A stretch of DNA of 64,000 bases from an uncultured Acidimicrobiia bacterium. GTDB taxonomy: Bacteria > Actinomycetota > Acidimicrobiia > Spongiisociales > JAENVV01. The stretch's first letter is position 1; each line of letters starts with the position of its first letter. The stretch is taken from positions 259,993 through 323,992 of the forward strand of contig CAVVWO010000002.1 of the NCBI GenBank assembly GCA_963752075.1, given 5' to 3'. Shown piece after piece: positions 18,253-30,286 of the stretch. The notes under the pieces were generated by a model. It was not told the DNA's origin and searched no databases. It saw only the letters and a list, made by a program, of their open reading frames with translations. The position numbers and the translations under genes are program-made.

Positions 18253-20352
18253 CTACATGCCTACGAACGCCGAGGCGAACACCAGACTGACGATGGTCAT
18301 GACCTTGATGACGATGTTCATCGCCGGACCCGAGGTGTCCTTGAAAGGATCACCAACGGTATCGCCGATCACGGCTGCCTTGTGGGCATCCGATCCCTTG
18401 CCGCCATGTGCACCCGACTCGATGTACTTCTTGGCGTTGTCCCACGCCCCACCGGCGTTGGCCATGTAGATCGCCAGCAGGAAGCCGGAGACGAGCGCGC
18501 CGGCCAGGAATCCGCCGAGAGCCTCCACGTCGATGAATCCGATCACCAGCGGGAAGGCAATGGCGAGGCTGCCGGGGAGAATCATCTCCCTCAGTGCTCC
18601 GGCAGTGGCGATGTCCACACACTTGGCGTACTCAGGCTTGGCTTCCGGCTTGCCTTCACGAAGACCAGGGATCTCGCGGAACTGACGCCGCACTTCCTCG
18701 ATCATGGCAAAAGCGGCCCGACCAACGGCGCTGATCGTCAACGCCGCAAACAAGTACGGGAACATCGCACCGAGGAAGAGTCCCACGGTGGTGCCGACGT
18801 GGAGGATGTTGATGCCTCCCGCCAGCGGGTTCTCCACCCCGGCGTTGACCGCGGCATCCTGGACCGCGAACGTGAACGTGGTGAACAGTGCGAGGGCCGT
18901 CACTGCTGCGGAGGCGATGGCGAATCCCTTGGCCACGGCAGCTGTCGTATTCCCCAATGAGTCGAGCGCATCGGTCGCTTCCCGCACCTCGGGATCGAGA
19001 TGCGCCATCTCGGCGATCCCTCCCGCGTTGTCGGCAATCGGGCCATAGGCGTCGACGGCGATGGTGATACCCAGCGTGGCGAGTACTCCGATGGCAGCAA
19101 TGGCCACCCCGTAGATACCACCCTGCTCGGGAAGGGCGTAGTCGCCGGCGGTGTACGCACCCCAGATACCGGCGGCCGTGACCATCACCGAGAAGGCAGC
19201 GGAGCGCTTGCCGGCAGCGATGCCGGCCAGGATCACCGTGGCGGGTCCCGTCTCTGCCTGTTTGGCGATGTCTTTGACCGTGTTGTAATGGTCGGAGGTG
19301 TAGATCTCAGAGATCTTGCCGACGATGAAACCGACCGCCAGGCCGACCACCACTGCGATCCAGAGACCTACCGGCCTCACGTCGTCGTTACCGGAGAAGA
19401 TGACGAGCGCCAAGGGCAGGATGCCGACGGCGGCGAGAATCATGGAGAAGTTGGTGCCGCGATGGAGGGCCGGAGCCAGATCGGCGTCGTTCTTCGGCTT
19501 GACGAGGAACGATCCGATGATCGAAGCGAACATTCCCAGGGCACCGACGGCCAGCGGGAAGACGATGGCGCCTACCTGGAATTTGGCTCCAGCGAAGACG
19601 ATCGAGGCAAAGGCGATCGGGGCGACCAACGACCCGACGTATGACTCGAAGAGGTCGGCACCCATGCCGGCGACATCACCGACGTTGTCGCCGACGTTGT
19701 CAGCGATCACGGCCGGGTTGCGGGGATCGTCCTCCGGGATTCCGGCTTCCACCTTGCCCACGAGGTCGGCACCCACATCGGCCGCCTTGGTGTAGATACC
19801 TCCACCGACGCGAGCAAAGAGGGCGATGGTCGAACCGCCCAAACCCATGGCGGCGATGATCTCCGAGGCCCGCACGGGTTCGAAATCGAGGATCTCGGCG
19901 AACAACAGATAGGCTCCAGCGACTCCGATGATGCCGAACCCGGCCACCGTGAAGCCCATGACCGCCCCGCCTCTGAAGGCGAGCGGAAGCGCCTGGACGA
20001 TGCCGCCCTGGCGGGCTGCCTCGGTCGTCCGAGCATTGGCGGCGGTAGCGATCCGCATGCCGACGAACCCGGCACCGAACGACAGGGCCGCTCCCACCAC
20101 GTAGGCGCCGGCTCGCAAGAATCCGTCGGTTGGAATCAAGAACCCGATCAAGAGGGCCAACACCGCCACGAAGACGGACACCCACCTGCCCTCTCGGCGA
20201 AGGAACGCCATGGCCCCCTCTTGAATTGCGGTGGACAACTCCACCATGCGTTCGTTTCCTTGGGGGGCCGCGAGCACCTGGCGCGTGTAGTAGACAGCCA
20301 GGGCGAGTGCGGCCAAACCGGAAACGATCGCCACTATGACATACATCGTCAT
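18253..20352 (-). CDS. hppA: membrane-bound pyrophosphate-energised cation pump (M-PPase)
   Basis: 699 aa and polytopic, with signature motifs [28 protein letters not shown] and [21 protein letters not shown] has Ala rather than Lys at the position reported to distinguish K+-dependent from K+-independent enzymes. Confidence 0.9.
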   Translation of the reverse strand: MTMYVIVAIVSGLAALALAVYYTRQVLAAPQGNERMVELSTAIQEGAMAFLRREGRWVSVFVAVLALLIGFLIPTDGFLRAGAYVVGAALSFGAGFVGMRIATAANARTTEAARQGGIVQALPLAFRGGAVMGFTVAGFGIIGVAGAYLLFAEILDFEPVRASEIIAAMGLGGSTIALFARVGGGIYTKAADVGADLVGKVEAGIPEDDPRNPAVIADNVGDNVGDVAGMGADLFESYVGSLVAPIAFASIVFAGAKFQVGAIVFPLAVGALGMFASIIGSFLVKPKNDADLAPALHRGTNFSMILAAVGILPLALVIFSGNDDVRPVGLWIAVVVGLAVGFIVGKISEIYTSDHYNTVKDIAKQAETGPATVILAGIAAGKRSAAFSVMVTAAGIWGAYTAGDYALPEQGGIYGVAIAAIGVLATLGITIAVDAYGPIADNAGGIAEMAHLDPEVREATDALDSLGNTTAAVAKGFAIASAAVTALALFTTFTFAVQDAAVNAGVENPLAGGINILHVGTTVGLFLGAMFPYLFAALTISAVGRAAFAMIEEVRRQFREIPGLREGKPEAKPEYAKCVDIATAGALREMILPGSLAIAFPLVIGFIDVEALGGFLAGALVSGFLLAIYMANAGGAWDNAKKYIESGAHGGKGSDAHKAAVIGDTVGDPFKDTSGPAMNIVIKVMTIVSLVFASAFVGM

Positions 20353-20495
20353 CAGGCTTCTCCCGTTAGCTCGAACCGGCGGGCAGTATACGCAGTCGGA
20401 TCGAACCTGGATAACTCACGGCTTCTGGGCTTCGGCTACAACCCCGATTCCCGATACACTCGCCGGTCCCACCCCTCTACTACCTGGACCTCCCC

Positions 20496-21722
20496 ATGCG
20501 ATTCCGCACTCCCCTGATCCTCGCTCTCGGACTCACCATGGCTCTGTCGGCTTGTTCAAGTGCCACCGAGGCCACCACGACCACCGTCTCTCCCACCACC
20601 ACGTTCACTCCCTCTACGACCGTCCCCGCGCCGAACTATGACGTGACCGTGACAAGCCCCACCATCCCGGGTGACCTGGGAGAAGAACTCCGCTCGCTGT
20701 ACCGATCGGTCTACGGACTCGAGGGCTCGGCGCCTGAGGTCGGACCTGGCTTGGCCGGGTATCTGGCCGGGGTCACACCCCCGCCCCCTCTCACCGAAGA
20801 ACTCGTCCTGGAACCGGTCATCTCCAGCGCCGAGGCTTACGACGAGCACGTGGCGGTGGTCACGGCCGGCGACGATGTCGTTCTGGCCGTCTCCGGCGAT
20901 GGCCTCGACTGGAGGTTGGTTGGCGTCAAACTCGCCAGCATCGGTGAGGGTCCCTGGTACGGGGACGAACCACGCCAGATCTTCGTGATCGGCTCCGATG
21001 CCCGAACGGGACAGGATCCGCTCACACTGCGCGCCGACAGCCTGCACATCGTCTCCATGACCCCGGACGGGGCGCACGTTTCCATCGTCGGGATTCCCCG
21101 TGACTCGTATGTGGAGACGCCCACCGGCGGAAAGCGGAAATACACGAACATCCTGTCCGGTACCGGACCGGAGGCCATCGTGGAGACCGGCGAGATCCTC
21201 ACCGGCCTCGAGTTCGACGGCTACATCCTCACGGGATTCCAAGGCTTCGCTCAACTGCTCAACGCCTACGGCGGCTTCGACGTCGACATCCCCTTTGCCA
21301 TGAACGAACCGAAATCGAAGGCGTACTTCAATGCAGGGATCCAAATGCTCGACGGCATCGGAGCACTGGCCTTCGCCCGCAACCGCACCCTCAAGGGTGG
21401 TGACTTCACTCGCTCATTCCATCAAGGGGTGATCATGCAGTGGGGCATGCGAGCAGTCCAGGAGCGAGGCATCCAAGAGGTCCCGTCCGACCTCGCCCTC
21501 CTCGACAGGTACACGTTCACCGACTTCGACGCCGAAACCCTGCTGCTCATCTCTGCGGCCTTGTTCGAGGCAGAGGATGGCCTGGACGTTCCCAACATCG
21601 TGCTCGACGGCGTGCCCGGCACCGCCGGCGCCGCCAGCGTGGTGTTCCTCTCCGATTCGGTCCAGGACACCTTCGCCGACATGGCCGATGGGATTCTCGA
21701 GATCGACGAGGACGCCGGCTAG
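20496..21722 (+). CDS. LCP (LytR-CpsA-Psr) family cell-envelope transferase, lipoprotein-type signal
   Basis: 408 aa with lipobox LTMALSAC. The LCP core is IFVIGSDARTGQ...ADSLHIVSMTPDG..VSIVGIPRDSYV...GFQGFAQLLNAYGGFDVDIPF. Confidence 0.75.
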   Translation: MRFRTPLILALGLTMALSACSSATEATTTTVSPTTTFTPSTTVPAPNYDVTVTSPTIPGDLGEELRSLYRSVYGLEGSAPEVGPGLAGYLAGVTPPPPLTEELVLEPVISSAEAYDEHVAVVTAGDDVVLAVSGDGLDWRLVGVKLASIGEGPWYGDEPRQIFVIGSDARTGQDPLTLRADSLHIVSMTPDGAHVSIVGIPRDSYVETPTGGKRKYTNILSGTGPEAIVETGEILTGLEFDGYILTGFQGFAQLLNAYGGFDVDIPFAMNEPKSKAYFNAGIQMLDGIGALAFARNRTLKGGDFTRSFHQGVIMQWGMRAVQERGIQEVPSDLALLDRYTFTDFDAETLLLISAALFEAEDGLDVPNIVLDGVPGTAGAASVVFLSDSVQDTFADMADGILEIDEDAG

Positions 21723-21766
21723 ACGTATTGAGGGAGACCGGCCCCAGGTCTTGGGAGGCCGACAGC

Positions 21767-21806
21767 AAAAAGAACCCCCGGGCCGTGGGGCCCGGGGGTT
21801 CGTTTT
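21767..21806. terminator. bidirectional intrinsic terminator between convergent genes
   Basis: AAAAA-GAACCCCCGGGCC-GTGG-GGCCCGGGGGTTC-GTTTT. The 13-bp stem is perfect, with an A tract on one side and a T tract on the other. Confidence 0.75.
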
Positions 21807-21844
21807 CGTGCGAACTCCGGAGAGTTCGTGTGGCGGCGAGAAGA

Positions 21845-22537
21845 TCAGACCTTCGCCACCTCCGGCGTACGCTCGATCTTGAGATCGACTTCATCCGTGT
21901 CGCTCTTGGCGACCCAGACCAGTCCAAGACCGGCCAACAAGGTGGTGAGGCCGATACCTGCGAACAGACCGGCCATCGCCAGCGCCAGCTGCAGCGCCGA
22001 GTGCGTCACGGTGCCAACACCGAGTTCAGCGAACAGACCATGAGCCGTTCCGGACCATGCCTGACCGCGGGCGGGGCCTTCCAGCGGGTGCATCCGGTCG
22101 AAATCGGTCCAGTACTTCCCGTCCACATCGAATTCGTACTCGCCAGCGGCGAATGTCTCACCGTTGTACTCGACGTCAGCGTCCAACACGATCGTCTGCG
22201 TGCCGTGCAGGACGTGATATCCGACCGTCGCCATTTGGAACATGTACTCGGTGCCCGTGTTCACCAACGGATCGTTGGGATTGAGGTCCGACTCGACCAC
22301 CGGGTAGCCCCAGTCATCGGTGAGCAACGTCATGATGGCGTCGGCACCTTCGGTCGTCCCACGATCGACCAGCTGACCGTCTTCGTTGTAGCTGAGCTCA
22401 ACACCCTGTGCCTCACTGAAGGCCTGCAGAGAGCCGTAGCCCTGTTGCGTCTTCACGTAGGCCACCACACCGGCAGCCATGAACCCCAGGCCGATAAGAG
22501 CCAGGACCATACCCAGAGTTCTCATTCGATTCTTCAC
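21845..22537 (-). CDS. hypothetical bitopic membrane protein (N- and C-terminal TM helices, about 150-aa extracytoplasmic domain)
   Basis: 230 aa. The N-terminal helix is LGMVLALIGLGFMAAGVVAYV and the C-terminal region is LALAMAGLFAGIGLTTLLAGLGLVWV. GAGGAG lies 7 nt before the GTG at 22537. No family recognised. Confidence 0.55.
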   Translation of the reverse strand: MKNRMRTLGMVLALIGLGFMAAGVVAYVKTQQGYGSLQAFSEAQGVELSYNEDGQLVDRGTTEGADAIMTLLTDDWGYPVVESDLNPNDPLVNTGTEYMFQMATVGYHVLHGTQTIVLDADVEYNGETFAAGEYEFDVDGKYWTDFDRMHPLEGPARGQAWSGTAHGLFAELGVGTVTHSALQLALAMAGLFAGIGLTTLLAGLGLVWVAKSDTDEVDLKIERTPEVAKV

Positions 22538-22562
22538 AGCGATCTCCTCGCAACTATGTGAA

Positions 22563-22578
22563 TGTGATTACTTTCACA
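22563..22578. promoter_or_regulatory. CRP/GlxR-type palindrome TGTGA-N6-TCACA
   Basis: TGTGATTACTTTCACA matches both consensus half-sites exactly. It sits in an AT-richer patch about 33 nt upstream of the 22537 start codon. Confidence 0.45.
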
Positions 22579-22776
22579 AGCATGATCGGCGATCGACCGA
22601 GACGATGAAACCCTCCAAATGGCCCTAGACAGCATCCAAACGTCCTATGCGTCGATCCGAATATACCAATGGAGACGGCACATTCGGGGATGGGACCGAT
22701 AGGGACCATTCGCCCTGGGTGCCAACAGGTGCCGAACGGCCCCCATTGCCAACTCCTTCCAACCTGCCCAGATCCC

Positions 22777-25435
22777 TCAGTCAGCCGCGCTGCCCCAATC
22801 GGGATGACGTCCTTGCACCCACCGTTTCACCAGATCCACCCCCAAGAACGGGACCACTGCCAGCACGACGATCACGAGCCAATCGTTGAGAGCGATGGCC
22901 TCGGTTTCGAACAATCGCTGCCCGAGTGGGGTGTAGACGACGAGCAGGTGCAGCGCCAGGGAAGCGAGAACACCGATCGACAGAACCCGGTTGCCGCCGA
23001 AACCGAGCTTCCACACGCTCGTGCCCTGTGCCCGAACGTTGTAGATATGGAGCAACTGGGCGAGCACGAGCACACTCAACGCCAGGGTGCGGGTGTACTC
23101 CCAAGACTGCTCCCGAAAGAGGTGACCCCAGGCGTACGCCAAGAGGACACCGAACGCGAGGAACGCGCCTTGCCAGAGGAGACGGATCTGATGGGCGGCA
23201 CCGAGGATGTTCCGATCGGAGTCCGGCTGTCGGGACATCAAACCGGGCGTGGCGGGGTCCATGCCAAGGCCGATCGCCGGCAAGCCGTCGGTGACGAGGT
23301 TGACCCACAGGAGCTGGGTCGCCAACAGCGGTTCCCCGAGACTTCCGAAGAACAGGAAGCCGAACAGCATCACGAGCACCTCGGAGATATTGGCCGACAG
23401 CAAGAAGTACACGACCTTCTTGAGGTTCGAGAAGATCTTGCGACCCTCCTCGACGGCGCCGACGATGGTGGCGAAATTGTCGTCGGCCAGCACCATTGAG
23501 GCGGATTCCTTGGCGACGTCGGTTCCGCTGCCCATGGCGATGCCGATGTCCGCGGCCCTGAGAGCCGGCGCATCGTTCACTCCGTCGCCGGTCATGGCGA
23601 CGATGGCGTTGTTCGCCTGCCATGCCCTGACGATCTTCACCTTGTCGGCCGGATCGACGCGGGCGAACACGGCCAAATCGGCGATCCGGCTCGACAGATC
23701 ACCCGCGTCGAGCCGACGAAGCTCCGCTCCCCCCATCGAGGTCCGGCCTTCGAGGAGCCCGAGGTCCCCACCGATGGCGGAGGCCGTGACCTGGTGGTCG
23801 CCCGTCACCATCACCACTTCGATCCCGGCCGATTGGGCTGCCAGGACAGCCGCGCGCGTCTCGGGGCGTAGTTCGTCGCTCATCCCCACCACTGCTATGA
23901 GGATGAGATCAGACTCCAATTCGGCGAGATCGTCGGGTATGGCGGCAACGTATCGATACGCCAACCCGAGCGTCCTCAGCCCTTTGGCCCCATAGGAGGC
24001 GGCCACCTCGAGGATTCCCTCCCGACTTTCGGAATTCAGCGGCTCGGGTCCCTCGGGCGTGAGGATGGAGCCGGACCGCTCAACCACCACCTCGGGGGCC
24101 CCCTTCACGGCCACCAGGAATCCGCCTCTCGGATCCGGGTGGATGGTGGTCATGCGCTTGCGGCTCGAGTCGAAGCCGACTTCGTCGACCCGGGGCAGGT
24201 GGGCCCGCAGCTCCGTGGCGTCGACGAGCACCGGATCGACAGCCCTCAGCAAGGCCACCTCGGTCGGGTCGCCCTCATACCCATCCCGGGTTTTCCGAGA
24301 GTCGTTGCAGAGCGCGGCCACCTCGGCCAGCCGGGCCGCTCGCTCGTCGCCCGTCGCCAGAGACCCCGGCTTGGCGCGCAGGTCGGCGAATGCGACCTCT
24401 TGGACCCTCATCTCGTTGCGAGTCAGCGTCCCGGTCTTGTCCGTGCAGATGACTGTGGCGCTGCCCAACGCCTCCACTGCGGGGAGCCGACGGACGATCG
24501 CCTTCTTCCCGCGCCATGGCCTGCACACCACGCGCCAGCGTCACGGTCACGACGGCCGGCAGGCCTTCCGGAATGGCGGCGACTGCCAAAGCCACCGCGG
24601 AAAGGAACATCGTCTCAACGGGATACGATCTCAGGACACCCAAACCGAAGATGACCACCGCCACGAACACGGTGACGATCGCCAGCCGACGCCCCATCCG
24701 ATCGAGCTCGATGGTGAGCGGTGACGGAGGCTCGTCTTCGGTGAGAAGATCGGCGATCCGACCCACCTCCGTGTCCTGACCGGTCGCCACCACCACGGCC
24801 CGACCTCTCCCGGCTGCCACCGACGTCCCGGCGAACACCATCGACCGGCGATCGCCCGTCGACGCCTCCGGGTCCACGGGGCCGGACTGTTTGGTGACCG
24901 GGAACGACTCACCGGTGAGTGGGGCCTCATCTGTGGTCAGGTGCATCTCGGACACGACGCGGGCATCGGCGGGGATCCGATCACCGGCCTCGAGCACCAC
25001 GACATCGCCCCGAACGAGGTCAGCCGTCATCACTCGCCGCTCTCCGCCATCGCGGATCACGAGTGCCTCCGGGGCCGCCATGTCACGGAGCGAGGCCAGG
25101 GCCGATTCGGCCTGGTACTCCTGATAGAACCCGATGGCGGCGTTGAGTATCACGATGGCAAGAATGACTCCTGCCTCCAGCCATTGCCCAAGGAGGAATC
25201 CGCTCACCGAAGCGGCCACCAGGAGCAGCCAGACCAACACGTCGTTGAACTGCTGAACGAACAGGCGACCAGCACTGGGTCCGCTGTCCTCACGCAGCAC
25301 ATTGGGTCCGAACTCGGCCAGTCGGTGCCCCGCGTCGGACGAGCTCAACCCACCGTCGAGGTCCGTGCCGAGACCTGCGACGACTTCCTCAACCGGGACG
25401 GCGTGCCAGAGAGGGATGAGGGTGGGGGTGGACAT
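22777..25435 (-). pseudogene. cation-transporting P-type ATPase (type II, Ca2+/Mg2+-like) with one frameshift near 24510
   Basis: The N-terminal part is ORF 24275..25435 and the C-terminal part is ORF 22777..24531. Motifs present are DKTGTLT (ICTDKTGTLT), TGES, MVTGD and GDGVNDAPAL. At the junction LARGVQAMAR | KKAIVRRLPAVE is restored by removing one G from the run CGGGAAG (about 24509-24512). Confidence 0.85.
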
Positions 25436-25504
25436 TGGAACCTCAACGCTACTCGCGGTTCATCGTTGATCACGAGAGCGCGTTCGTGGAGGTGGCATGT
25501 CATC

Positions 25505-27770
25505 ATGGCCTGCGTGGAGTTCGATGATCTGGTGCGGGCATGGGCGGAGAGCGCCGACTTCGACGGGGACCTCGTTCACCTCGAACGAGTCCGAGCCCGC
25601 GGGGCCATCTTCGGAGACCTGCAACCTGTTCTGGACCCGATCGTGGCGCGGCAGCTCGCCGAGCGAGGGATCGAACGTCTCTACCGACATCAGGCTCGGG
25701 CGGTCGGCCGGATCCGGTCCGGAGAGCACACGGTGGTGGTTTCGGGCACGGCATCTGGGAAGTCGCTGTGCTATCAGATTCCTCTGGCCGAAACCATCGT
25801 CGCCAATCCCAGATCCTCGGCACTCCTGCTCTACCCCACGAAAGCCCTCGCCCAGGATCAGTTGAGATCCATCGGGAGCTTGGGGATCCCCGGGCTGACG
25901 GCCGCCACCTACGACGGCGACACCGATCCGGACGATCGAACCTGGGTACGCGTCATGGCAACGTGTGCTCACCAATCCCGACATGCTCCACTTCGGGATC
26001 CTGCCCAATCACGCCGATGGGAGCATTTCTTCCATCGGCTCAGCTACGTGGTCGTCGACGAAGCGCACATGTTCCGTGGCATCTTCGGCACCCACGTCGC
26101 GCATGGTGCTGCGGAGACTGCGGCGGCTGGCAGCCCACTACGGTGCCGAACCGACCTTCGTCTTCACCTCGGCGACGATCGGCAACCCGGGCGATCTGGC
26201 AAGCCGCACTGAGCGGCTTGGACGTCACGGTCTGCGAGGGTGACGACTCTCCACCGGCGACAAACTGGTGGCCCTCTGGAACCCACCCATGGAAGACGAG
26301 GATCTCGGCAAGCGCCGATCGGCCATGGCCGAGACCACCGACCTTTTCGTCGATCTGGTCCGCCACGACCGGCACACCATCGTCTTCTCGCGTTCGCGCA
26401 AGGCGACCGAACTCATCTACCGCTGGGCGAGGGACCGGGTCGGCACCGAACGCCGCGACCGGATCGCCCCCTATCGTTCCGGTTATCTGGCATCGGAACG
26501 CCGCGAGATCGAACAGGCCCTGTTCTCCGGCGAACTCTTGGGGGTGACGGCCACCAACGCTCTCGAGCTGGGCATCGATGTGGGATCCCTCGACGCAGCC
26601 ATCATCAACACGTTCCCCGGCACGATCGCCTCGTTTCGGCAACAGGCCGGACGGGCGGGACGGGCGCAGCGGACCTCGCTCGCAGTACTCGTCGGCGGGG
26701 AGGATTCCCTCGATCAATACTTCATGACCCACCCCGTCGAACTGTTCACCCGCCAACCGGAGTCGGCGGTGATCAATCCCGACAACCCGTTGGTCCTGGA
26801 GGCCCACACTGCCTGTGCCGCCTATGAGCTTCCACTCCGGGTCGAAGACCGGGAGTTTCTCGGCGAGGGAATGGAGGAAGCCGCCACCAGCCTCATGGCC
26901 GACGGGCATCTCGTCATGCGGGGCGGAAAGCTGGCCTGGTCGCGGCGTGAGGCCCCGGCTCCGCGAGTGGGGATCCGCACGTCGGGCGGGTCACCGTTCA
27001 CGATCGTGGACGAAGAGGCCGGTCAGCCGCTGGGCACCCTCGAGGAATCCCGCACCTTCAGCGATGCGCATCCGGGAGCCGTCTACCTCCATCAGGGCGA
27101 AACATTCGTCGTGCGGGAACTCGACCTGCGATCCCACGAGGTGCGGGTGAGAAAGTCCGCCGCCGGGTACTACACGCAGCCTCAGGAGGACAAGTGGCTG
27201 GAGATCCTCGGCATCGACGACAGGGGCAAACTGGGGCGCCTCGACCACTTCCTGGGGACAGTCCAGGTGGAGAGCCAGGTCGTGGCGTACAAGCGGCGCA
27301 AACTCGGATCGGGCGAGGTGCTCGGGCTCGAGCCACTCGACCTACCTTCGACCGTGTTCGAGACTCGGGCCATCTGGCTGACCGTGCCTGACGAGCTGTT
27401 TGCCGAGGCGAGGATCGAGCCGAGCGAACTGCTTGGCACACTCCATGCCGTCGAGCATGCCGGGATCGGGATGCTCCCTCTCTTCGCCATCTGCGATCGG
27501 TGGGATATCGGTGGCCTTTCGACGAACTATCACCAGGCCACCGACCGGGCGACCATCTTCATCTATGAAGCATATCCGGGCGGCGCGGGCATCTCCGAGG
27601 TGGCCTATGAGGTCGGCTTCGGGCATCTCACCGCCACGCTGGAAGCCTTGCGGGCGTGTCCCTGCGATCACGGATGTCCCAGCTGTGTCCAATCGCCCAA
27701 ATGCGGAAACTTCAACGAGCCACTGTCGAAGCACGGCGCCATTCGTTTCCTGGACGCGGCACTCCACTAG
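25505..27770 (+). pseudogene. DEAD/DEAH-box helicase with C-terminal Cys4 (DUF1998/MrfA-type) domain; at least 5 frame changes between about 25940 and 26260
   Basis: Motif I is VVVSGTASGKSLCY and motif II is VVVDEAHMFRG (DEAH). The intact 26268..27770 part carries SATIGN, TNALELGIDVG, RQQAGRAGR and the C-terminal CPCDHGCPSCVQSPKCGNFNEPL. N-terminal pieces alternate among three frames (ORFs 24941.., 25965.., 25540.., 26268..). Confidence 0.8.
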
Positions 27771-27845
27771 ACGGACAAGCGCAACCTGCGACCCGAGAAG
27801 ATCGGCGATCCACTCCCTGATCCCCAGGTCAAGCATGAGGGGTTC

Positions 27846-29823
27846 CTACCCGGGATGGCTTCCTGACTCGTCGAGAGTGAGGAGCCGGTAGGCCACGACT
27901 GGATCCGATTTACCTTTGGCGTCGATCGGTCCGACGGCCTCCGCGGTGACCACATGACGGACCAACTCGTAGGTGGTCGCTCCCATGAGAATCTGCCCAG
28001 GTTCTGCCGCCGACTCGAGCCGAGCGGCCACGTTGACTGCATCGCCGATGGCCGTGTAGTTGCGGAGCTCGTCGCTTCCGATATTGCCGACCAACGCAGA
28101 TCCCGTATTGACGCCGATCCGAAACCGGGGCCAATCAGGTCGTTCGGCGGCGAGCTCGTCGATCGCCCGCTGCATCTGATAGGCGGCGCGCACCGCCCTG
28201 ACGGCGTGATCAGCTTGCAGGACAGGGGTGTTGAAGACCGCCATGACCGCGTCGCCGACGAACTTGTCGACGGTCCCGCCCTCGCCGAGCAAGATCGGCA
28301 CGGCCGCCGAGAAATACCGATTCAGGAGGTCGACCACTTCCCCCGGGTGCTGGATGCTTTCGGTGAAGGACGTGAATCCTCGCAGGTCGGCAAAGAGCAC
28401 GGTTGTTTCCACCATGGCGCCACCCAACTCGGCGCTGACCGGGTCCGACAGCAGGCGGGTGGCGACTTCCGGTGAGACATAGCGTCCGAAGAGGCGACGA
28501 AGGTCCCGGTAGAAGCCCAGGTTGACGAGTCCCATGGCGAGATGACCGGCGAACGATTCAATGAGCTCTGTATCGCGAGGTTGCGGTCGACCGCCACGAA
28601 CCTGAAGCACACCGACTTGGTGGCCCATCGATACGACCGGACAGGTGATCACATCCGGATCGGGTTCGGTGTCGGTCTGGCTCGAAAAGGCGATCTCGAG
28701 GCCCATGGCTTCACTCAAAGCACTTGCGGCGAGGTCACCGAGTTGGGCCTCCGTGAGATCATTGAGTGGTTGCTGTGAGATCCCCGCCATGGCTGCCAGG
28801 ACGCCGCTCTGCCGCCGCTCGGTGGCCAGTGCTTCCGCCGCACCCTCGAGCACCTCGGTCTGACCCGCCGTGAGACCGAACTGCTCGCCAAGGGTTCGAG
28901 CGGCCCGCTGGGCGTCACCATCCGAGTCGGCCGTTTGGATGGCAGACACGAGTTGTTCGAGGGCTTCCCGGAATTCGGTTCGGAGCTTCTCGACGGTGGC
29001 GGCCAACGCAATCGAGGAGAACAACGCACCAGGACGGCCCTCCCGGCGGAACTGGACGTAGGCGGCATATGCGACGTATCCATAGGCGGCGACCGTCACC
29101 ACGTGCCATGTCCACCAGGAGAGCTGCCACGGCCGCGCGACGCCAACGATGACGACCACCTCAGCCAGCAGAACGAGGGAGGTGACCAGCGCCATCGCCA
29201 CCGGCGAGGGTCGAGATCGATAGAGCCGGTAGTAGCGAAGGGCGGCGAAAAGAAAGAGACCGACCCCAATGACTTCCAAGGGCAAGAGGAGGCCGGCGAG
29301 CCCCGACTCCTCCAGAGGGAGACCCAGCGGGGCCATCCCGTTGACACTGAGAAACAACCAGGCGAGGGGCAAGCTCAACACCGCCAAGGTCAACCGCAAT
29401 CTCGACCGGACGATCGCAGCGGACCGCGATGCAGACCATTCGAGGGACGACAGACGCGGCGAATATCGCAGCCAGGAACAAGCCGGCAGGCATGGCCAGC
29501 GAGAAACCGAGATTGCTCCCTGCCGCCAGCAGTTTGGGTGTCGCCAAGGCATGCACTCCGAAGAAGGCGGCACTCACCGAATACGACAGAGACATGAGAA
29601 ACAAGCGGGCGTCGTTCCGATCCTCAGCTTCACGCGAGATACGAAGGGCCACCAACAGATTGGCGAACGCCACGATCGCCACCAGCCAGAAATGCGTGGG
29701 ATTGTGCTGCCAACGAGCGTCGACGGCTGGGGCGGCGAGCAGCACGGCGACGAGGGCGGGGGGCAATGCGATGTGCACGAGCCAGACGAGAACCCCCGGC
29801 CATGCGATTGAACGGTCTACCAA
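27846..29823 (-). pseudogene. membrane-anchored class III adenylate/guanylate cyclase; one frame change near 29445-29465
   Basis: The C-terminal cyclase domain has VLFADLRGFTSF...GDAVMAVFN...RIGVNTGSALVGNIG. The polytopic N-terminus continues upstream in ORF 29161..29823 (MVDRSIAWPGVLVWLV...LFLAAIFAAS), which joins ...SLEWSASRSAAIVRSRLRLTLAVLSL of ORF 27846..29573. Confidence 0.75.
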
Positions 29824-29893
29824 GTGGAAGCCTCCCCGGCGTAACCGTACTCGCCCTCGCTCCGGCGGGACGAGCAGCGGGTGCCGGCGCCCC

Positions 29894-30286
29894 TCACCTC
29901 AACAGCGCCACCGGCTCGAACTCGGCTCGAGCCGAGCGCTTCACCACCGTATCGCCCACCACCGGTAGGTCGACCGGAACCGTCACCACCACCCGCACCC
30001 ACCGAGTCTCCCAAGAGTCGTCGATCCGGCAGAGGCAGGACACCAGATCGGCTCCGTTCGCCCGGGCCGTGGCGGCGGCCACCGTCTCCGGTGTGCCTTC
30101 CAGCCCGAGAGGCCCAAAGGTCAGCGGAGCAGCCGCCAGAGCAGCGGCCTCGGCGGCTGCCACCGCCTGCTCCGACGCCTGCGCCATCCGACCCAACGCA
30201 GCCAAGGTCAGGGCCGCCATGAGCAGCAAGGCGATGACCGAAGCGGCCACCAGGGTCATCGACCCTTCCTCCCTGAATGTGGTCAC
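29894..30286 (-). CDS. TadE-like protein of the actinobacterial helicase/secretion neighbourhood (Rv3654c-type)
   Basis: 130 aa with an N-terminal hydrophobic segment (GSMTLVAASVIALLLMAALTLAAL) and an Ala-rich region. It is last in the tad-like operon and overlaps the previous gene by 4 nt. Confidence 0.55.
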   Translation of the reverse strand: MTTFREEGSMTLVAASVIALLLMAALTLAALGRMAQASEQAVAAAEAAALAAAPLTFGPLGLEGTPETVAAATARANGADLVSCLCRIDDSWETRWVRVVVTVPVDLPVVGDTVVKRSARAEFEPVALLR

